From: Eledone cirrhosa
Taxonomy: Eukaryota
Assembly: GCA_964016885.1 (NCBI GenBank)
Contig: OZ024743.1
Span: 3,906,001-3,970,000 of the forward strand
Reading direction: 5' to 3'
Length of the DNA: 64,000 bases
This document shows positions 15,056-28,568 of the stretch, one piece after another. The notes under the pieces are model-generated. The model was not told the origin of the DNA, searched no databases, and saw only the letters and a program-made list of their open reading frames with translations. The translations under genes were made by a program, and so were the position numbers. Each line of letters begins with the position of its first letter. The stretch's first letter is position 1.

Positions 15056-15416
15056 ATATATATATGCATATACCGACATATACCTACACACACACACATA
15101 TATATTCATGCGTGATGTTTGTAATATGTATGTGTGTGTATATATGTGTGTGTATGTGTGTATATCTCTCAATATCTTTGTCTCTTCCTCCTCTAGTACG
15201 CTCTGCCTGTCTATATTTCATCGTTGTCGTAACGCTTTATTTTCTCCATAATATTATAATATATTATTTCCTTCTATCAATCTGGTTTATCAGAATAATA
15301 GTCTCATACGCGCCTATGTAATTCACTCTTTCTTTGATTCCTTCTCTTTCCCTCTCTCACTATTTCTCTTTTGCTTTTTCTGTCTGTCTCCCTCTTTCTC
15401 TTTCTATCTGTCTATC

Positions 15417-15493
<77 letters not shown>

Positions 15494-18400
15494 TATTTAT
15501 GTATATATGGGTGTGTGTGTGTGTGTTGTGTGGGTAAGGTTTACGTCTGTTTCTGTATACATTGTATATCCATCTTTCTATCTATACGATGCCATCTCTC
15601 TGATCGTTTATCTACATTTATAGTTTTCGCATCATTTTATATAAACCAAAACCTTCCTATTACGTCCGTCAGTACCTTTACGTGTGTGCCTCTTTTGTTT
15701 GTGTATGCATGCTTTTGTGATAGTATGTGTGTGTGTAATTCTTAGATTGTATAATTGAGTTTGCGTTTATATGAGTGTAGGATAATAATCCGTTTATCAG
15801 TTCGTTGTATGTATTTGTACGAATGTATTTCTATGTATTTTATGTATGGCTCTCCACCTAACTTATGTTTCTGTCTAAATTTTTCGATGTCTCCTTGTTA
15901 GTTGAAAGTGTTGTGTGTAACTATGTGTTTCTTTTAGCATATGTGTGTATCTGTGACTACTTATTAGTTAGTGTATATGTGTACATACGTTTATATGTGT
16001 GTGTGTGTCTGCTTATTAGCTTGTGCTTATTTGCTGTAAGTGTACGTGCTTATATGCAAATAAATATATGTTATTTTCATTGAACTATAAACTCGCGTGT
16101 CCGTACGTGTGCGTGTGTTTGTTTTACAATGCACACCTACCGAGTAATTAATGATTTATTTCTATTCTTCTACAAAGTCTGTACTCAAGTCCAATCTCCT
16201 TCTCACTAAGCCGTTTCCATATAGTAATGACGATCATAATTGCAACATTAAAAATAAAATATACTAGCAACAATGGTGTAATTTAAGTGCAGCGAATTGT
16301 TATTATTATTTAGCTCCACACCCAGTTCTGATCAAGCAGGCCTATGATTAGAAAAGTTCCAACCTTAATTGAATCATGTTTTCAGATGTTGTGTATTTAG
16401 GAATATATTATCTAATGCGTTGTTCCTTTTTTAAGACGACAGAGTGTTAGTGTTAGTTTGGGAATATTTATTGCTATTTCTAACTGATCGAGCTGCAGCG
16501 TAGTGGTTCCTTCACTGTTTCGAAAAGCCACGAATGTGTATAAATAATAGAACACCGGACTACCCGTTTTAGTGTATTTAGTTTCATTTAGTTATGTCCC
16601 TTCTATATCCGCAGGTAAAATTCCACGAGGGTCCACTTTACATTCCATCCTTCCTGTGACGATAGAGTAAGTAGCTATGTGCTGGAATCAATTAAAAGAG
16701 TATCATGTGGTCGATTCTGTCAGGCAGTATGAATTCTTGTGCCAATATGAAACTTAATTATCTGATTGGAGATTTGTGCTTCGGTAGAAATGGAGAATGC
16801 CAAATTAGATAACTGTACTGTTAGTATTTATTCTTCCTTTTTCAGCTCAAATTCTGCCAGGTTTGACATGGTTTTTTTTTTTTTTCTTAATAATTTTTCG
16901 AGGTTTGTTGCAGCAATCCTCTCCCAAACGACCAATATCATCATAGTTACCCGCTTTATTAAAAGTAGCAGTTAAATCTAACTTATACCAGACCCTACAG
17001 ATCTATAAAGGAAAGTACAGAACGGGTAATGTGGATATAGAAATACTGTCTGAAAGAATGTATGTGATATTTATGGCTGGTAGTTGATACTACATGCTTG
17101 CCTGGGCAGTGTTTACATGGGGCTAAAGGACAACCAACAATAACATAATAAAAAAGAAAGAGCAAACAACAAATAATTAATTAATAATTCTTTATTATGA
17201 CTTGAGCCAGTTCCTCTAATCTAGCGAGGATAGATTTAAGATTTAATGGAGCCCATATGCTTTCATCTTGGAAAATAGAAAATAATGCTAAGGTGCCGAA
17301 CGACAGAAGTGAAGAAAAATATATAGCATTACAAACAGAAGACAGGGGGCTGGCAGAATATGCTGAAAATCTATACTTCATAGGGGTAGTTATCATATGA
17401 AACCCCTAAAGATAACCCTGTTTATCAGCGTACATAGAAAATTATAGAAAATGTCTTTAATTTTCAAACCGAGGCTTCTAATTTGAAAAGAAAACCGTAA
17501 TTATATCCACATTAAATTTAACTTAAATCTTCTAGTATAGACCGTACTCTGCAAAAATATGTATTATTTATAAATATAGATTTTGCGTTTAGGTGCAAGG
17601 TCATCTGTTGATTTCTGAATGCTTATAATATTATGAGTTTACTGAGCGAACGTATTGGTATTGTTATAATCGACTAAAAACGATGAAAGAAAATAGACCA
17701 TCTCTGTAGGGATTTGCATTTATTCAGAATAATGAGGCATGACAATCATTTCCATAAATCACCCTTTAAACACGTCTAATCGCAATATTGATTCCTCATT
17801 TTGGCAACACTCCATGGGTTATAATGAAAGTGTAAAGCCGATTAATGTGACAGGCGAAAATGTAAATACATTTAATAATTTGACTGCTGGAGAAAGGAAA
17901 AGAAAGGTGGTTTGAAAATTCAGATTATTATGTCTAGGGTTACTCCATTTATGCTAACTACTCCTTTGCTGTTATTATATAAATAATATTTCCAATGTTA
18001 ATTTAAACGCACTGAATCATAGCAAGGAAGAGGAATTGGAAACTGAGACTTTCATGTTAATACCGTGGAGTTTGGAGGTTTAAATGAATTATGATATGTT
18101 CAACGGAGAATCGTTACCCAAGCCCGGACAAAAAGTCAGACCATTTCTTGTTTACATCATATACGCTAATCTCTCCTCCATTCCTCGACAAATAACTATC
18201 TATTCGTTTGTGTGCACACGTTTATTCAGTATATATGCGAAGGTGAATATATGTATTTGTTGTTAGTATTGTTTTTCATCTAATCAATTCATCTGTGTAC
18301 TTTTCTGTTTTATTTTTACATTTACTTCAATCCATCTTTATTGATACCTATCTCATTTTCACACTGTTTTGTTTTAGTGAACACAAAACAACGAGACATA

Positions 18401-18785
18401 CATCGTGTTAGATGTTGTTACTTATTTCCCTTTCCTATTTTCTTCTTATATTTTTACATCTTTCAACTGATATTTATATATTTAAAAATTTAAATATAAA
18501 GTGTAAAATTGTAAATGTTCGGCTTAGATCTCAAAGCCACGAGAGGGGATGTTTACAAAATGAGAGATAAATAGAGGAAAATAGAGCATATGTAAAGAAA
18601 ACAATAGGTCTAAGTAGACAGAACAATCATGGTTTGATTGCTAGTTATAATATCACGCATTAGATGGAAAAAAGGAGTCTAAATTCGTTGAATTTACAGC
18701 AGTCTAATAATAACTCTCTCTCTCTCTCTCTCTTTATATATATGTATATATATATATATATATATATGCATACACACACATATAC

Positions 18786-18832
<47 letters not shown>

Positions 18833-21107
18833 AGTGTGAGTGTGTGTGAGTGTGTGTGTGTGTGTGTGTGAAAAATGCCCTGTTAAAACGTTAGTCGTAT
18901 TTTTTTACTTTCGCAACAACTTGTGACATGAATTGTGTTTAAACAATAATCGAAAACATTTCTGCTACACAAGAGCTAATCTTAGCTAAGTTCTTCAGTT
19001 CACTTAAAAGTTGTAATACAGCATGTTTTGTTACAATGCCATTTAATTACATGTACGATTAATGCAGCCCTTCATTTGTTGCCAGAATATTGCGACTGTA
19101 TTTTATTGAACACAGAAATAGAGCCAAGAATTAATGTCTCTAAGATTTTGGCAAAAGTATCAGCATTACGCAATCCTACATTTTTGGTATCAGCATCACA
19201 CACTCCTCCGTTTTTGTAAATCATACCAATTCGATCAAATCCTAGATCTCTGCTCTGCCATAGTTATCCATAGATATATGGGAAAGTATATTTCCACGTT
19301 TCTTAATATAAACGAATTGACTTCCTTGTAATCATTATAATATTGGTATTTGTGTAAATTATAGTAGTGTATATTCTTCCAAAATCTAGAAATTTATCAA
19401 TGAATGAAGATAATTCTACAATATTGAATTAGGAGAATTTCCAATTTAATTTATTTTCGATATTGCTTTAAGCATGTGATCGTGTCCCCAATGTATGATT
19501 TCTCGTTGTATCTTATTTTTGCGTTTCCAGAATCGGAAATGCGTTTGTTGGCTGTCACTAGCTTTATGGTTGATCATTGAATAACTCTACACCTTGAATT
19601 GTCTGTAAAATTTCCCTAGTGGTCCTTTAATCGTATGTAAGATCTGTGTAGTTTGACGCATTTTGCTCGATCTGTTAAACGCAAGCATGCTGCAAGGCTT
19701 CTTGCTTAGATGTTGTTTATATCATATGAATTGAAGTTTTCTCTTACATGTTTCCTTTACATTGTCCTACACACTATGGTATTTATATTAAGTTTATAGA
19801 TATGCTTCGTTTTATCGGCATGGATATACATATATAGTTTTTGAAATTTTAAGAATGATAAGTGACATTTATATGTGATTTAGAAGAAATTGGTATAATG
19901 AATAAATATCGTGTTTCCCCTCGGAGTTAATCAACTTCATTTAGAATTGTTTAAAGTCCTTATAAGATTGAATTTTAGATTTCGATTTCTCGTCTGCGGA
20001 TATGTTATGGGTGCCTTTGTCGAGGAAGTACGCCTTCTAATTCAGTGACCATAATGCGTATTTAAGTTTCTCTATAAGGTATATAATATAGTCTTCGGAG
20101 TTGTGATGATATTCATTGAGGGGTGTGAATTATAGGGCGCTTTTCCATTACTCATCTTTGTGATCTCTGTTCACTTTTAGTGCAGTCGGCAGTAAAATAT
20201 GCATAGCTTATATAGGAAAAGTCTATCACCTGACTATACTGGACTTCAATACGAAATATATCTTATTAGAAAATGGCACTGGTACCTCAGTGTTTCACTG
20301 GATAGAAACTACGCCCCGAATGAAACGTAAAGGACGGGTATTCCCAACAGGAAAAGAAAACGTTTTATCCCAAGGAGAGAAAACACTATTGAATTGCAAA
20401 CATTTGTCATTTAGCTTAAACCTTTATTCATCTTTTCGTATTTGGTTCAATGCTGTCTTCTGTTTCTCATAGAGAACATAAGAATATAATTTTCTTATCC
20501 TGATAATAAATGCTGAAACAAATAGAACAGGATCTACCAACATAAGAAATCACAGAGATCATTATCACATTTTAAAAATTCGATTTAAGTATTTCACATA
20601 CACACACACACGCACAAGAACCCCAACAGATACACACATACACGCACACACACACATATGATGGAATTTAGTGCAGATGACAGGATTATGGTTTAGTAGG
20701 ATGGAAGCATTGATCGAATCTTGGTTTTAGATCTTAGATCACGAAGATGGACCAGACGAAATGTTCAAACTTTTTATAACTTCCTGGCAGACAGTACTCC
20801 ATTTTCCACGGGCAGCAGATAGGGCTTCAAAAGAAGTAAAAGGTATGTTCATAGATTTACGATCGTACTACAGTTTGTCTTTATATCTGAGTACTAGTCT
20901 TCCTGTATTACATGCACCATTATGAAGTTGACTCTATAGCAGTAACTTGGGTGGGCGGTCCTTGGTCACGAGTAGGACATGACCAGCCCATCAAAGTTGG
21001 GATTGCATCAAAAATGATTCAATACCACCGAATATAGAACATTCCCTAGATGCAACACTAAACCTAAACACAGGCAAAAACCACGCCTAACCTAAATCTA
21101 AATCTAA

Positions 21108-21259
<152 letters not shown>

Positions 21260-21311
21260 GATTTCTAATGAATGAAACAGTTCTAGTCCTGTAGAATCTC
21301 ATCTATATTAA

Positions 21312-21383
<72 letters not shown>

Positions 21384-22143
21384 GATACAGTCATCCGGCG
21401 CAGCCTTTATCTAAAATTTGATTATCCCAACAGTCCACTACAGATGTCTTACTAATATAGTATTCGCCAAACGTATAATTATGTCTGATGACAGCGATCG
21501 TTGTTAAATGTCAGGAGCCTTAGTCTAATGGTTAATTTTCAGAACCTGTTTTCCAGACCTCAGTTGGAAACTTTTCATTGATGTCAATAATACCTTTGGA
21601 AATATCAGAAATATCACATCTTTGGATTTTGTATATCTACGAGTCGGATACATACCGCCTATTTATAGGAAATACATACATGTATTAATGATAAGTGCAG
21701 CTGTTATTAGATCCCAGTTAGGCAGGTCTGCAACCAGTTTTAATTCCTAATGTTATGCATTTCAATTAGCGTTCCCTCTCATACGCATGGCAATGATAAT
21801 GAATGTATACGAAACAAAGTTACTCTTTTCGATAAATGTAAAACATTGTAACTACTACTTCTATGTATCAATATATTAATTATCATTGGTATTGCAGTTG
21901 TTGCTTACACTCATTGATTATTTGCTTGTTTACTTTCCATAGGCGTTGTCAAGGGAAGACATTGTTGTCAATAGCTGTCACCATTCATATTATTATTGGT
22001 ATTGTTGTTATACAGATGATTTCATTGACGAAGAGAGCAATGTTCAACTAGTTGCACCAATAAACCAATAGCAGTTAAGTCGGCTGTTTTGTGTGAAACG
22101 AACTGATCAAATTGCTTTTGTGTGTTATACATGCACACATATC

Positions 22144-22201
<58 letters not shown>

Positions 22202-22375
22202 GTGGAACACTGGAAGTAATATCCGTAGTGGCAGAGCACTCAGTCCATGGGAGAGTTAGGTAGAAGTGGTTACACAACGGTTAGTTCACCATACCGAGAA
22301 CAATTGTGAAACCGTTGTGTAACCACTTCTATATATATATATATACGATATGAAACAGTTCTAGTCCTGTAGAAG

Positions 22376-22478
<103 letters not shown>

Positions 22479-22546
22479 AAAAAGGGATGAAATCGAAAAT
22501 GCAACTGAAGTCTTATTTTTTAAAAAATATATATATTTATTTGGTT

Positions 22547-22584
22547 CCTTTACCGGTTTCGCAGTTCTTCTGCTTTTCAAAAGG
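22547..22584 (-). ncRNA. Hammerhead ribozyme U3-A8 variant in 3' pLTR
   Basis: Reverse complement of the 28569-28606 motif. Confidence 0.75.
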
Positions 22585-23095
22585 TGAGTTGAGATGGAGG
22601 GTCTGTGGTTTTTCTCACATCTGGTTGGTCTCTAAATGTTACTTGTTTTATATGGAAAAACTGGCTCGAAAACCAGGTTTTTCGAGAAGTAATTTGATTG
22701 GTTTGTCAATAATTATAATAAATTTCGCGCCAGTTCGCGTTACAATAGTTCTTCAAATAAGAGAGGGGGGGGGGTTGTCACAGGTTGTTTTTTCATATAT
22801 GAGTGTTTGAATTTCTTTTTACTTGAAAAAATGAGGCTCACGAAGGCTTTTTTTTGGTTGGTTATAAATGAAATTTGGCTGTCACGTGAACAAGTTTTCA
22901 TTACATTTTTGCGCCCTTATTTGGAAAACTATTCTGTAGTCTATAGTGAATGTTATAACAATGGAGAGATAGTGGTCAAGGGAAAAGGGATTGGGAGAAA
23001 TGTTCTGGTTCAGTGAATATGGCCAGCTGTCAGAGTTCAGGTGTCAGAGTTCAGATTTTCTATTGAGACTGAAGATATGTGTTTATTTGTGTGCT

Positions 23096-23141
<46 letters not shown>

Positions 23142-23392
23142 TATTGGAAGATGATTCTATTAGTAGAGATGGGGGAGGGAGTTGTGTGTGTGTGTATATG
23201 GGTGTTATGTGTGTGTGTGCGAGTATGTTAGATAGAGAGAATATATATTTTTTGTGTGTGTGTATATATATATGTGTGTAGGAAAGTGGTTCTATTAGTA
23301 GAAATGGGGAGGGTGTTGTAGGTGTGGGGGTTTTTATGTGTGTGTATGGGTGTTATGTGTGTGGGAGTATGGTTAGCATGTTAAGATGAAGA

Positions 23393-23447
<55 letters not shown>

Positions 23448-23651
23448 GTGTGTGTATGTGTGTGTGTAGGAAAATGATTCCTTTAGTAGGAGTATTTTTG
23501 AATGAACATATTTTCCTGACTTTTTCGTGTTTGCTGTTGTATTGCCAGTGCAAACGTATGTTTAAGGTTTATTTAGTTCGGGTTTTTATTTTCTAAAGTA
23601 GGTGTTATGTGTGTGTGTGTATGTCATATTGTGGTGTTGACATAATGTATA

Positions 23652-25400
23652 TTAAACCTTATTTAATGTTGGTCTATATTTTTGAATAAACATATTTTCC
23701 TTATTTATTCGCATTTGTTCTGTTGTATTGTTAGCGCAAAGGTAAAATGGGAAGACTTGGAATTTGGGTGTCTTATTACTTGCGCAAATGTCTAGATGTG
23801 CACTTAGTGGTATTTGTCTCGTGGTTGGATCTCGTAATTGTTGGCGATGAACTGTCATTCTGTTTCTGAGTGTGAGTTTAGTTTGTCCTATATAATCTTC
23901 ATTGCATCCTTTACATTTAATGGCATAAATTAGATTTTTTGATGAGCAAGTGAAGTGATTTTTTACAGTAAAATTTTGTCCTGATTTAAATGTATACGTG
24001 TTGCCTTCAATGAGGTGAGTGCAGGTTCCACAATTAGAGCGACCACATTTTTTGATACTTGGTTGTGGGTTTGTGGTAGGTAATTTGGCATTGGTGAGTA
24101 ATGTTTTCAGTGATTTTGGTTGTCTTTTGCTTTTGATTATTTTGTGTGTTTCAAGGGCTTTTTTCATTCTTGGGTTTTGTTTTAGTAGTGGGATGTTATT
24201 GTGAATAGTGTTGTAAGCTTCCGCATTTCTTGGGTTGTGTGTTGAGATATATGATAGAATATTGGACGTACCTTGAATTTGTTTCTGTTTCCGTAATTCA
24301 TCAATGCCTATTGCTTTAGCCCTTTCTATTCCATTATTTATTAGTAATAGTGGGTACTCTCTCTCAAGTAGAATTTCCTTTAATTCTTGAAGTCTTTTAT
24401 TTCGCGTTTCATAATTGGAGACAATTGTGCAAATTCTTCTTGCTAGGTTAAAAGGAATGTTCGTCTTCGTGTGCTTTGGATGGTTGGAGGTGAATAGCAG
24501 ATATTGTTTGGAATCTGTTGGTTTGTAGTGTATGTCAGTTTCGATATTTGTGTCTTTTTTTGTGATTAAGATGTCCAGAAATGGGAGTTGATCTTGGCTG
24601 TATTCCATTGTGAATTGGATGTGGTTATTGATGCCGTTTATTAAGTTTTTGAAATCCTTCAGTTGGTCGAGTGTGTGGGACCAAAGAATGAGGCAATCAT
24701 CCAAGTAGCGTTTCCAATCCTCTGATAAATATTTGTGGAAGTTCAATCCGTATTTTGATTTGGACTGTTCATATATCTGGACTTCTAAGTATGCCATGAC
24801 TAAGTTGGCATAAGTTGGAGCGGCTTTTGTGCCCATCGCAGTCCCCGATATTTGCTTGTAAGTATTGCCATCGAAATCAAAAAAGTTGTTCTGTAGGATG
24901 AATTTTAATCCCTCGGTGATGAAGCTTTTTTCTATTCTGTCAGGTATCTCATTGGGATATTTCTCTAGCCAGAATCCTATTGCTTGTAGTCCGTATTGGT
25001 GTGGGATTGTTGTGTAGAGATTCACTACATCGAAAGACACAATAATAGTGTCGTTGTTGACATGTTTGGGGAGGTGGTTTAAGAGGTCCAGATCGTCTCT
25101 TACAAGGCTTGGTATGTGTTTCAGTATTGGTTTCAGTAGTATGTCTATAAAGTTGCTCAATCTGTGTGTTTCACATTGTGGGCCCGCTACAATTGGTCTT
25201 AATTTAAGGTCTGTGGGGTATTGTGTGTTCACGCAGGCTGAGGTGGATTGTTTACAGGCATCGTTGATTATTTTACATTTGTGGATCTTCGGAAGTCCGT
25301 AAAGGTTGCTGGTTTTGTATTCAAAATTTGTTAAATAATCGCGTTCCTTTTTAGTTAGGTCTTCCTGGTATCGATAAATCAGTGTGTTTAATTTGGTCAT
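23652..25400 (-). CDS. PLE reverse transcriptase + Cys-rich linker + GIY-YIG endonuclease (main part of ORF2)
   Basis: Motifs LYGLPKIHK, LRPIVAG, SFDVVNLYTTIP, QISGTAMGT, RYLDD, LPFLD, CGRSNCGTC (Neptune-type Zn linker) and NLIYAIKCKGCNEDYIGQT..RMTVH. Confidence 0.95.
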   Translation of the reverse strand: MTKLNTLIYRYQEDLTKKERDYLTNFEYKTSNLYGLPKIHKCKIINDACKQSTSACVNTQYPTDLKLRPIVAGPQCETHRLSNFIDILLKPILKHIPSLVRDDLDLLNHLPKHVNNDTIIVSFDVVNLYTTIPHQYGLQAIGFWLEKYPNEIPDRIEKSFITEGLKFILQNNFFDFDGNTYKQISGTAMGTKAAPTYANLVMAYLEVQIYEQSKSKYGLNFHKYLSEDWKRYLDDCLILWSHTLDQLKDFKNLINGINNHIQFTMEYSQDQLPFLDILITKKDTNIETDIHYKPTDSKQYLLFTSNHPKHTKTNIPFNLARRICTIVSNYETRNKRLQELKEILLEREYPLLLINNGIERAKAIGIDELRKQKQIQGTSNILSYISTHNPRNAEAYNTIHNNIPLLKQNPRMKKALETHKIIKSKRQPKSLKTLLTNAKLPTTNPQPSIKKCGRSNCGTCTHLIEGNTYTFKSGQNFTVKNHFTCSSKNLIYAIKCKGCNEDYIGQTKLTLRNRMTVHRQQLRDPTTRQIPLSAHLDICASNKTPKFQVFPFYLCANNTTEQMRINKENMFIQKYRPTLNKV

Positions 25401-25951
25401 TTTTTTGATTGCTGGTAGTTTTTTACTCTTTCATAGTAATTAGCATTTTGTAAGAGAGAGAACATAGAATTTTTATATTTTTCAGCCTCCATAATGACAA
25501 CAGTACTTCCCTTATCCGCTTCCTTAATTACAATGTCCGGATTGTTTTTTAGTTCATGGATAATCTCCCATTCCCTTCGACTTGTGTTGGGTTTGGGTTT
25601 AGGTTGCGGTAGTTCATGGTATGGGAAGGTAGCTATGTGGTCACAAAATTTGTCCAGAACTCTGTTTCTACCTTTTGTTGGGTTGTAGCTGCTTTTATTC
25701 CGTACAATTGATTCGTCGTTATTCTCCTTGTCAAAGAATTCCTCTGTGAGACGTAATTTTCTACAGAAGTGTGAGATATCGTCATTTATCTCGTTGGGGT
25801 TAGGATATTGTGGTGTTGGTGTGAATTTCAGACCTTTGGAGAGAATTTTTACTTGTTGGGCTGAGAGGTTTGTATTTGAAATGTTAATTATTTTCGGTTT
25901 TTCAAAATCGGTTTGTGCCACCGGGTGTCGTGAGTCCTGTAGCCTTGGTCT
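25397..25951 (-). CDS. N-terminal part of PLE ORF2, separated from the RT part by a 1-nt indel in an A7 run at about 25400
   Basis: IINISNTNLS..ILSKGLKFTPT..FCRKLRL and DIVIKEADKGSTVVIM are typical PLE N-terminal motifs. There is no ATG before them (the ORF track uses GTG). Confidence 0.85.
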   Translation of the reverse strand, partial: RPRLQDSRHPVAQTDFEKPKIINISNTNLSAQQVKILSKGLKFTPTPQYPNPNEINDDISHFCRKLRLTEEFFDKENNDESIVRNKSSYNPTKGRNRVLDKFCDHIATFPYHELPQPKPKPNTSRREWEIIHELKNNPDIVIKEADKGSTVVIMEAEKYKNSMFSLLQNANYYERVKNYQQSKK

Positions 25952-27092
25952 AAAAAATGATTTTTCTGGAATGTTTTTTCATTGGTATTATTATATCTAA
26001 TGGTATTTCCCCTGTTGTTGTGTGGTCTTGTATAGAAGTTTCGGACGTATTGAGGTTCGGTGTGTTGATAGTCCGGGTTGTAGATTTGGTTCCTTTGTGT
26101 GGGTTGGGATCTATGGTTTTGGAACAGGCTCTGTGTGGGCAGGGGTCTACGGTTTTGGAATAGGTTTTGTGTGGGTTGTGATCTGCGGATCAGGTCCTGC
26201 CTTGTGTTCGGGGATCTTTGGTTTTTGTTAGTAGGGTTATAGTTTTGTCTATGGTTTCTGGGATTATCGTTATAGTTTTGCTGGGGGTATGTTGGACGTT
26301 TTGTTACTTTTTTTGTTATTTGTTGTGCATGTGGTGTGTGAGTTTTAGTTTGTTTTAAAAATGGGTTACCTGTATGTTGTTCATTTTTGAAGTCCATTTC
26401 GTAGTTGTTGAACCAGGTGGCGTTTTTTTCCCATCGCTGGAGGGATGTGAGTTCTTCATCCTCACAGTTTTCTTTCCAAAGTTTTAGGGTTTTTTTTTGT
26501 AGAGTAGGCCTTCAGAGTGCTTTGAGATTTCTGTGTCCATCTGTTGGTCGAGTGACTTGAATTTTTCTTCGTTGGAGTTGGCTCTTAATCGCAACAGTTC
26601 TATTTCTGTTTAAAATTTTTCCAATGCCATCTTTTCCCTAAGTCTTTGTTGGTTTTCTGGTTCATTCGGGATGGGTTTTATTTGGAGTTTTTTGGGGAGG
26701 ATGATTGGGGTAGAGTTTAGCCACTTTTCATATATGTCTGCCTTGCCATTATTTTTTAGGAGATTCCAAAGGGCGAATTTGCGGGCTGTGAGCTTTTGAG
26801 TCCATATGTTGATTAGGGTGTTTTTCACTGAGTGGACATCTCGTAGATTGGGTTCTAACGGTTGTTCAAGCTTTTGGAGCATTGTTGTTTCAATGGTTTC
26901 GATTAGCTTAGTTAATACTGGAGTAATATTCGTCTCTTGGGTATTTTCTGTTTCTTCGTGGGGTCCTTTTTTATAGATGTGTATTTGGTCCACTTTGTTG
27001 GTCAAAATTGAGAGTTTAGAGGAAATCTCTTTGAGTTCATTTAAGATGTCCTGGTTCAGTGAGTTGTTGTTTTGTTGAGACTTTGGTGGCAT
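25888..27092 (-). CDS. PLE ORF1 (helical/coiled-coil N-half, Q/N/R/P-rich C-half); one in-frame TAA (26610-26612) and one indel in an A run (~26490)
   Basis: ATG 27092 MPPKSQQ... Reading continues past the TAA as TEIELLRLRANSNEEKFKSLDQQMDTEI, then shifts to LKLWKENCEDEELTSLQRWEKNATWFNNYEMDFKNE and joins ORF 26397-25888. It lies between the 5' pLTR and ORF2. Confidence 0.7.
25951..25957 (-). promoter_or_regulatory. Putative -1 programmed ribosomal frameshift heptamer U_UUU_UUA
   Basis: ORF1 frame reads caT TTT TTA gac. The -1 frame continues AGA CCA AGG CTA ... GTG GCA CAA ACC into ORF2. Confidence 0.7.
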
Positions 27093-27256
27093 TTTCGGTC
27101 TTCGTGTGGTGGGTATATATTAGAAAGTGAGGTTTTTTTTACAAAATGAAAAATAACCGAGGTGTCCTACACGAGTGGAAGTATAAAGAAAAAGGGATGA
27201 AATCGAAAATGCAACTGAAGTCTTATTTTTTTAAAAATATATATATTTATTTGGTT

Positions 27257-27294
27257 CCTTTACCGGTTTCGCAGTTCTTCTGCTTTTCAAAAGG
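27257..27294 (-). ncRNA. Hammerhead ribozyme U3-A8 variant in 5' pLTR
   Basis: Reverse complement of the 28569-28606 motif. Confidence 0.75.
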
Positions 27295-27809
27295 TGAGTT
27301 GAGATGGAGGGTCTGTGGTTTTTCTCACATCTGGTTGGTCTCTAAATGTTACTTGTTTTATATGGAAAAACTGGCTCGAAAACCAGGTTTTTCGAGAAGT
27401 AATTTGATTGGTTTGTCAATAATTATAATAAATTTCGCGCCAGTTCGCGTTACAATAGTTCTTCAAATAAGAGAGGGGGGGGGGGGGGGTTGTCACAGGT
27501 TGTTTTTTCATATATGAGTGTTTGAATTTCTTTTTACTTGAAAAAATGAGGCCCACGAAGGCTTTTTTTGGTTGGTTATAAATGAAATTTGGCTGTCACG
27601 TGAACAAGTTTTCATTACATTTTTGCGCCCTTATTTGGAAAACTATTCTGTAGTCTATAGTGAATGTTATGACAATGGAGAGATAGTGGTCAAGGGAAAA
27701 GGGATTGGGAGAAATGTTCTGGTTCAGTGAATATGGCCAGCTGTCAGAGTTCAGGTGTCAGAGTTCAGACTTTCTATTGAGACTGAAGATATGTGTTTAT
27801 TTGTGTGCT

Positions 27810-27844
<35 letters not shown>

Positions 27845-28568
27845 ATGTGTGTATTGGAAGATGATTCTATTAGTAGAGATGGGGGAGGGAGTTGTGTGTG
27901 TGTGTATATGGGTGTTATGTGTGTGTGTGCGAGTATGTTAGATAGAGAGAATATATATTTTTTGTGTGTGTGTATATATATATGTGTGTAGGAAAGTGGT
28001 TCTATTAGTAGAAATGGGGAGGGTGTTGTAGGTGTGGGGGTTTTTATGTGTGTGTATGGGTGTTATGTGTGTGGGAGTATGGTTAGCATGTTAAGATGAA
28101 GAGAATATATATATATATATATATATATATTGTGTGTGTGTATGTGTGTGTGTAGGAAAATGATTCCTTTAGTAGGAATATTTTTGAATGAACATATTTT
28201 CCTGACTTTTTCGTGTTTGCTGTTGTATTGCCAGTGCAAACGTATGTTTAAGGTTTATTTAGTTCACGTGACAGCCAAATTTCATTTATAACCAACCAAA
28301 AAAAAGCCTTCGTGAGCCTCATTTTTTCAAGTAAAAAGAAATTCAAACACTCATATATGAAAAAACAACCTGTGACAACCCCCCCCCCTCTCTTATTTGA
28401 AGAACTATTGTAACGCGAACTGGCGCGAAATTTATTATAATTATTGACAAACCAATCAAATTACTTCTCGAAAAACCTGGTTTTCGAGCCAGTTTTTCCA
28501 TATAAAACAAGTAACATTTAGAGACCAACCAGATGTGAGAAAAACCACAGACCCTCCATCTCAACTCA

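Noticed and set aside
27146-27517. Repeated 107-124 aa ORF (MKNNRGV.../MKSKMQL...)
   Set aside because: It is the antisense reading of the pLTR and is repeated only because the pLTR is.
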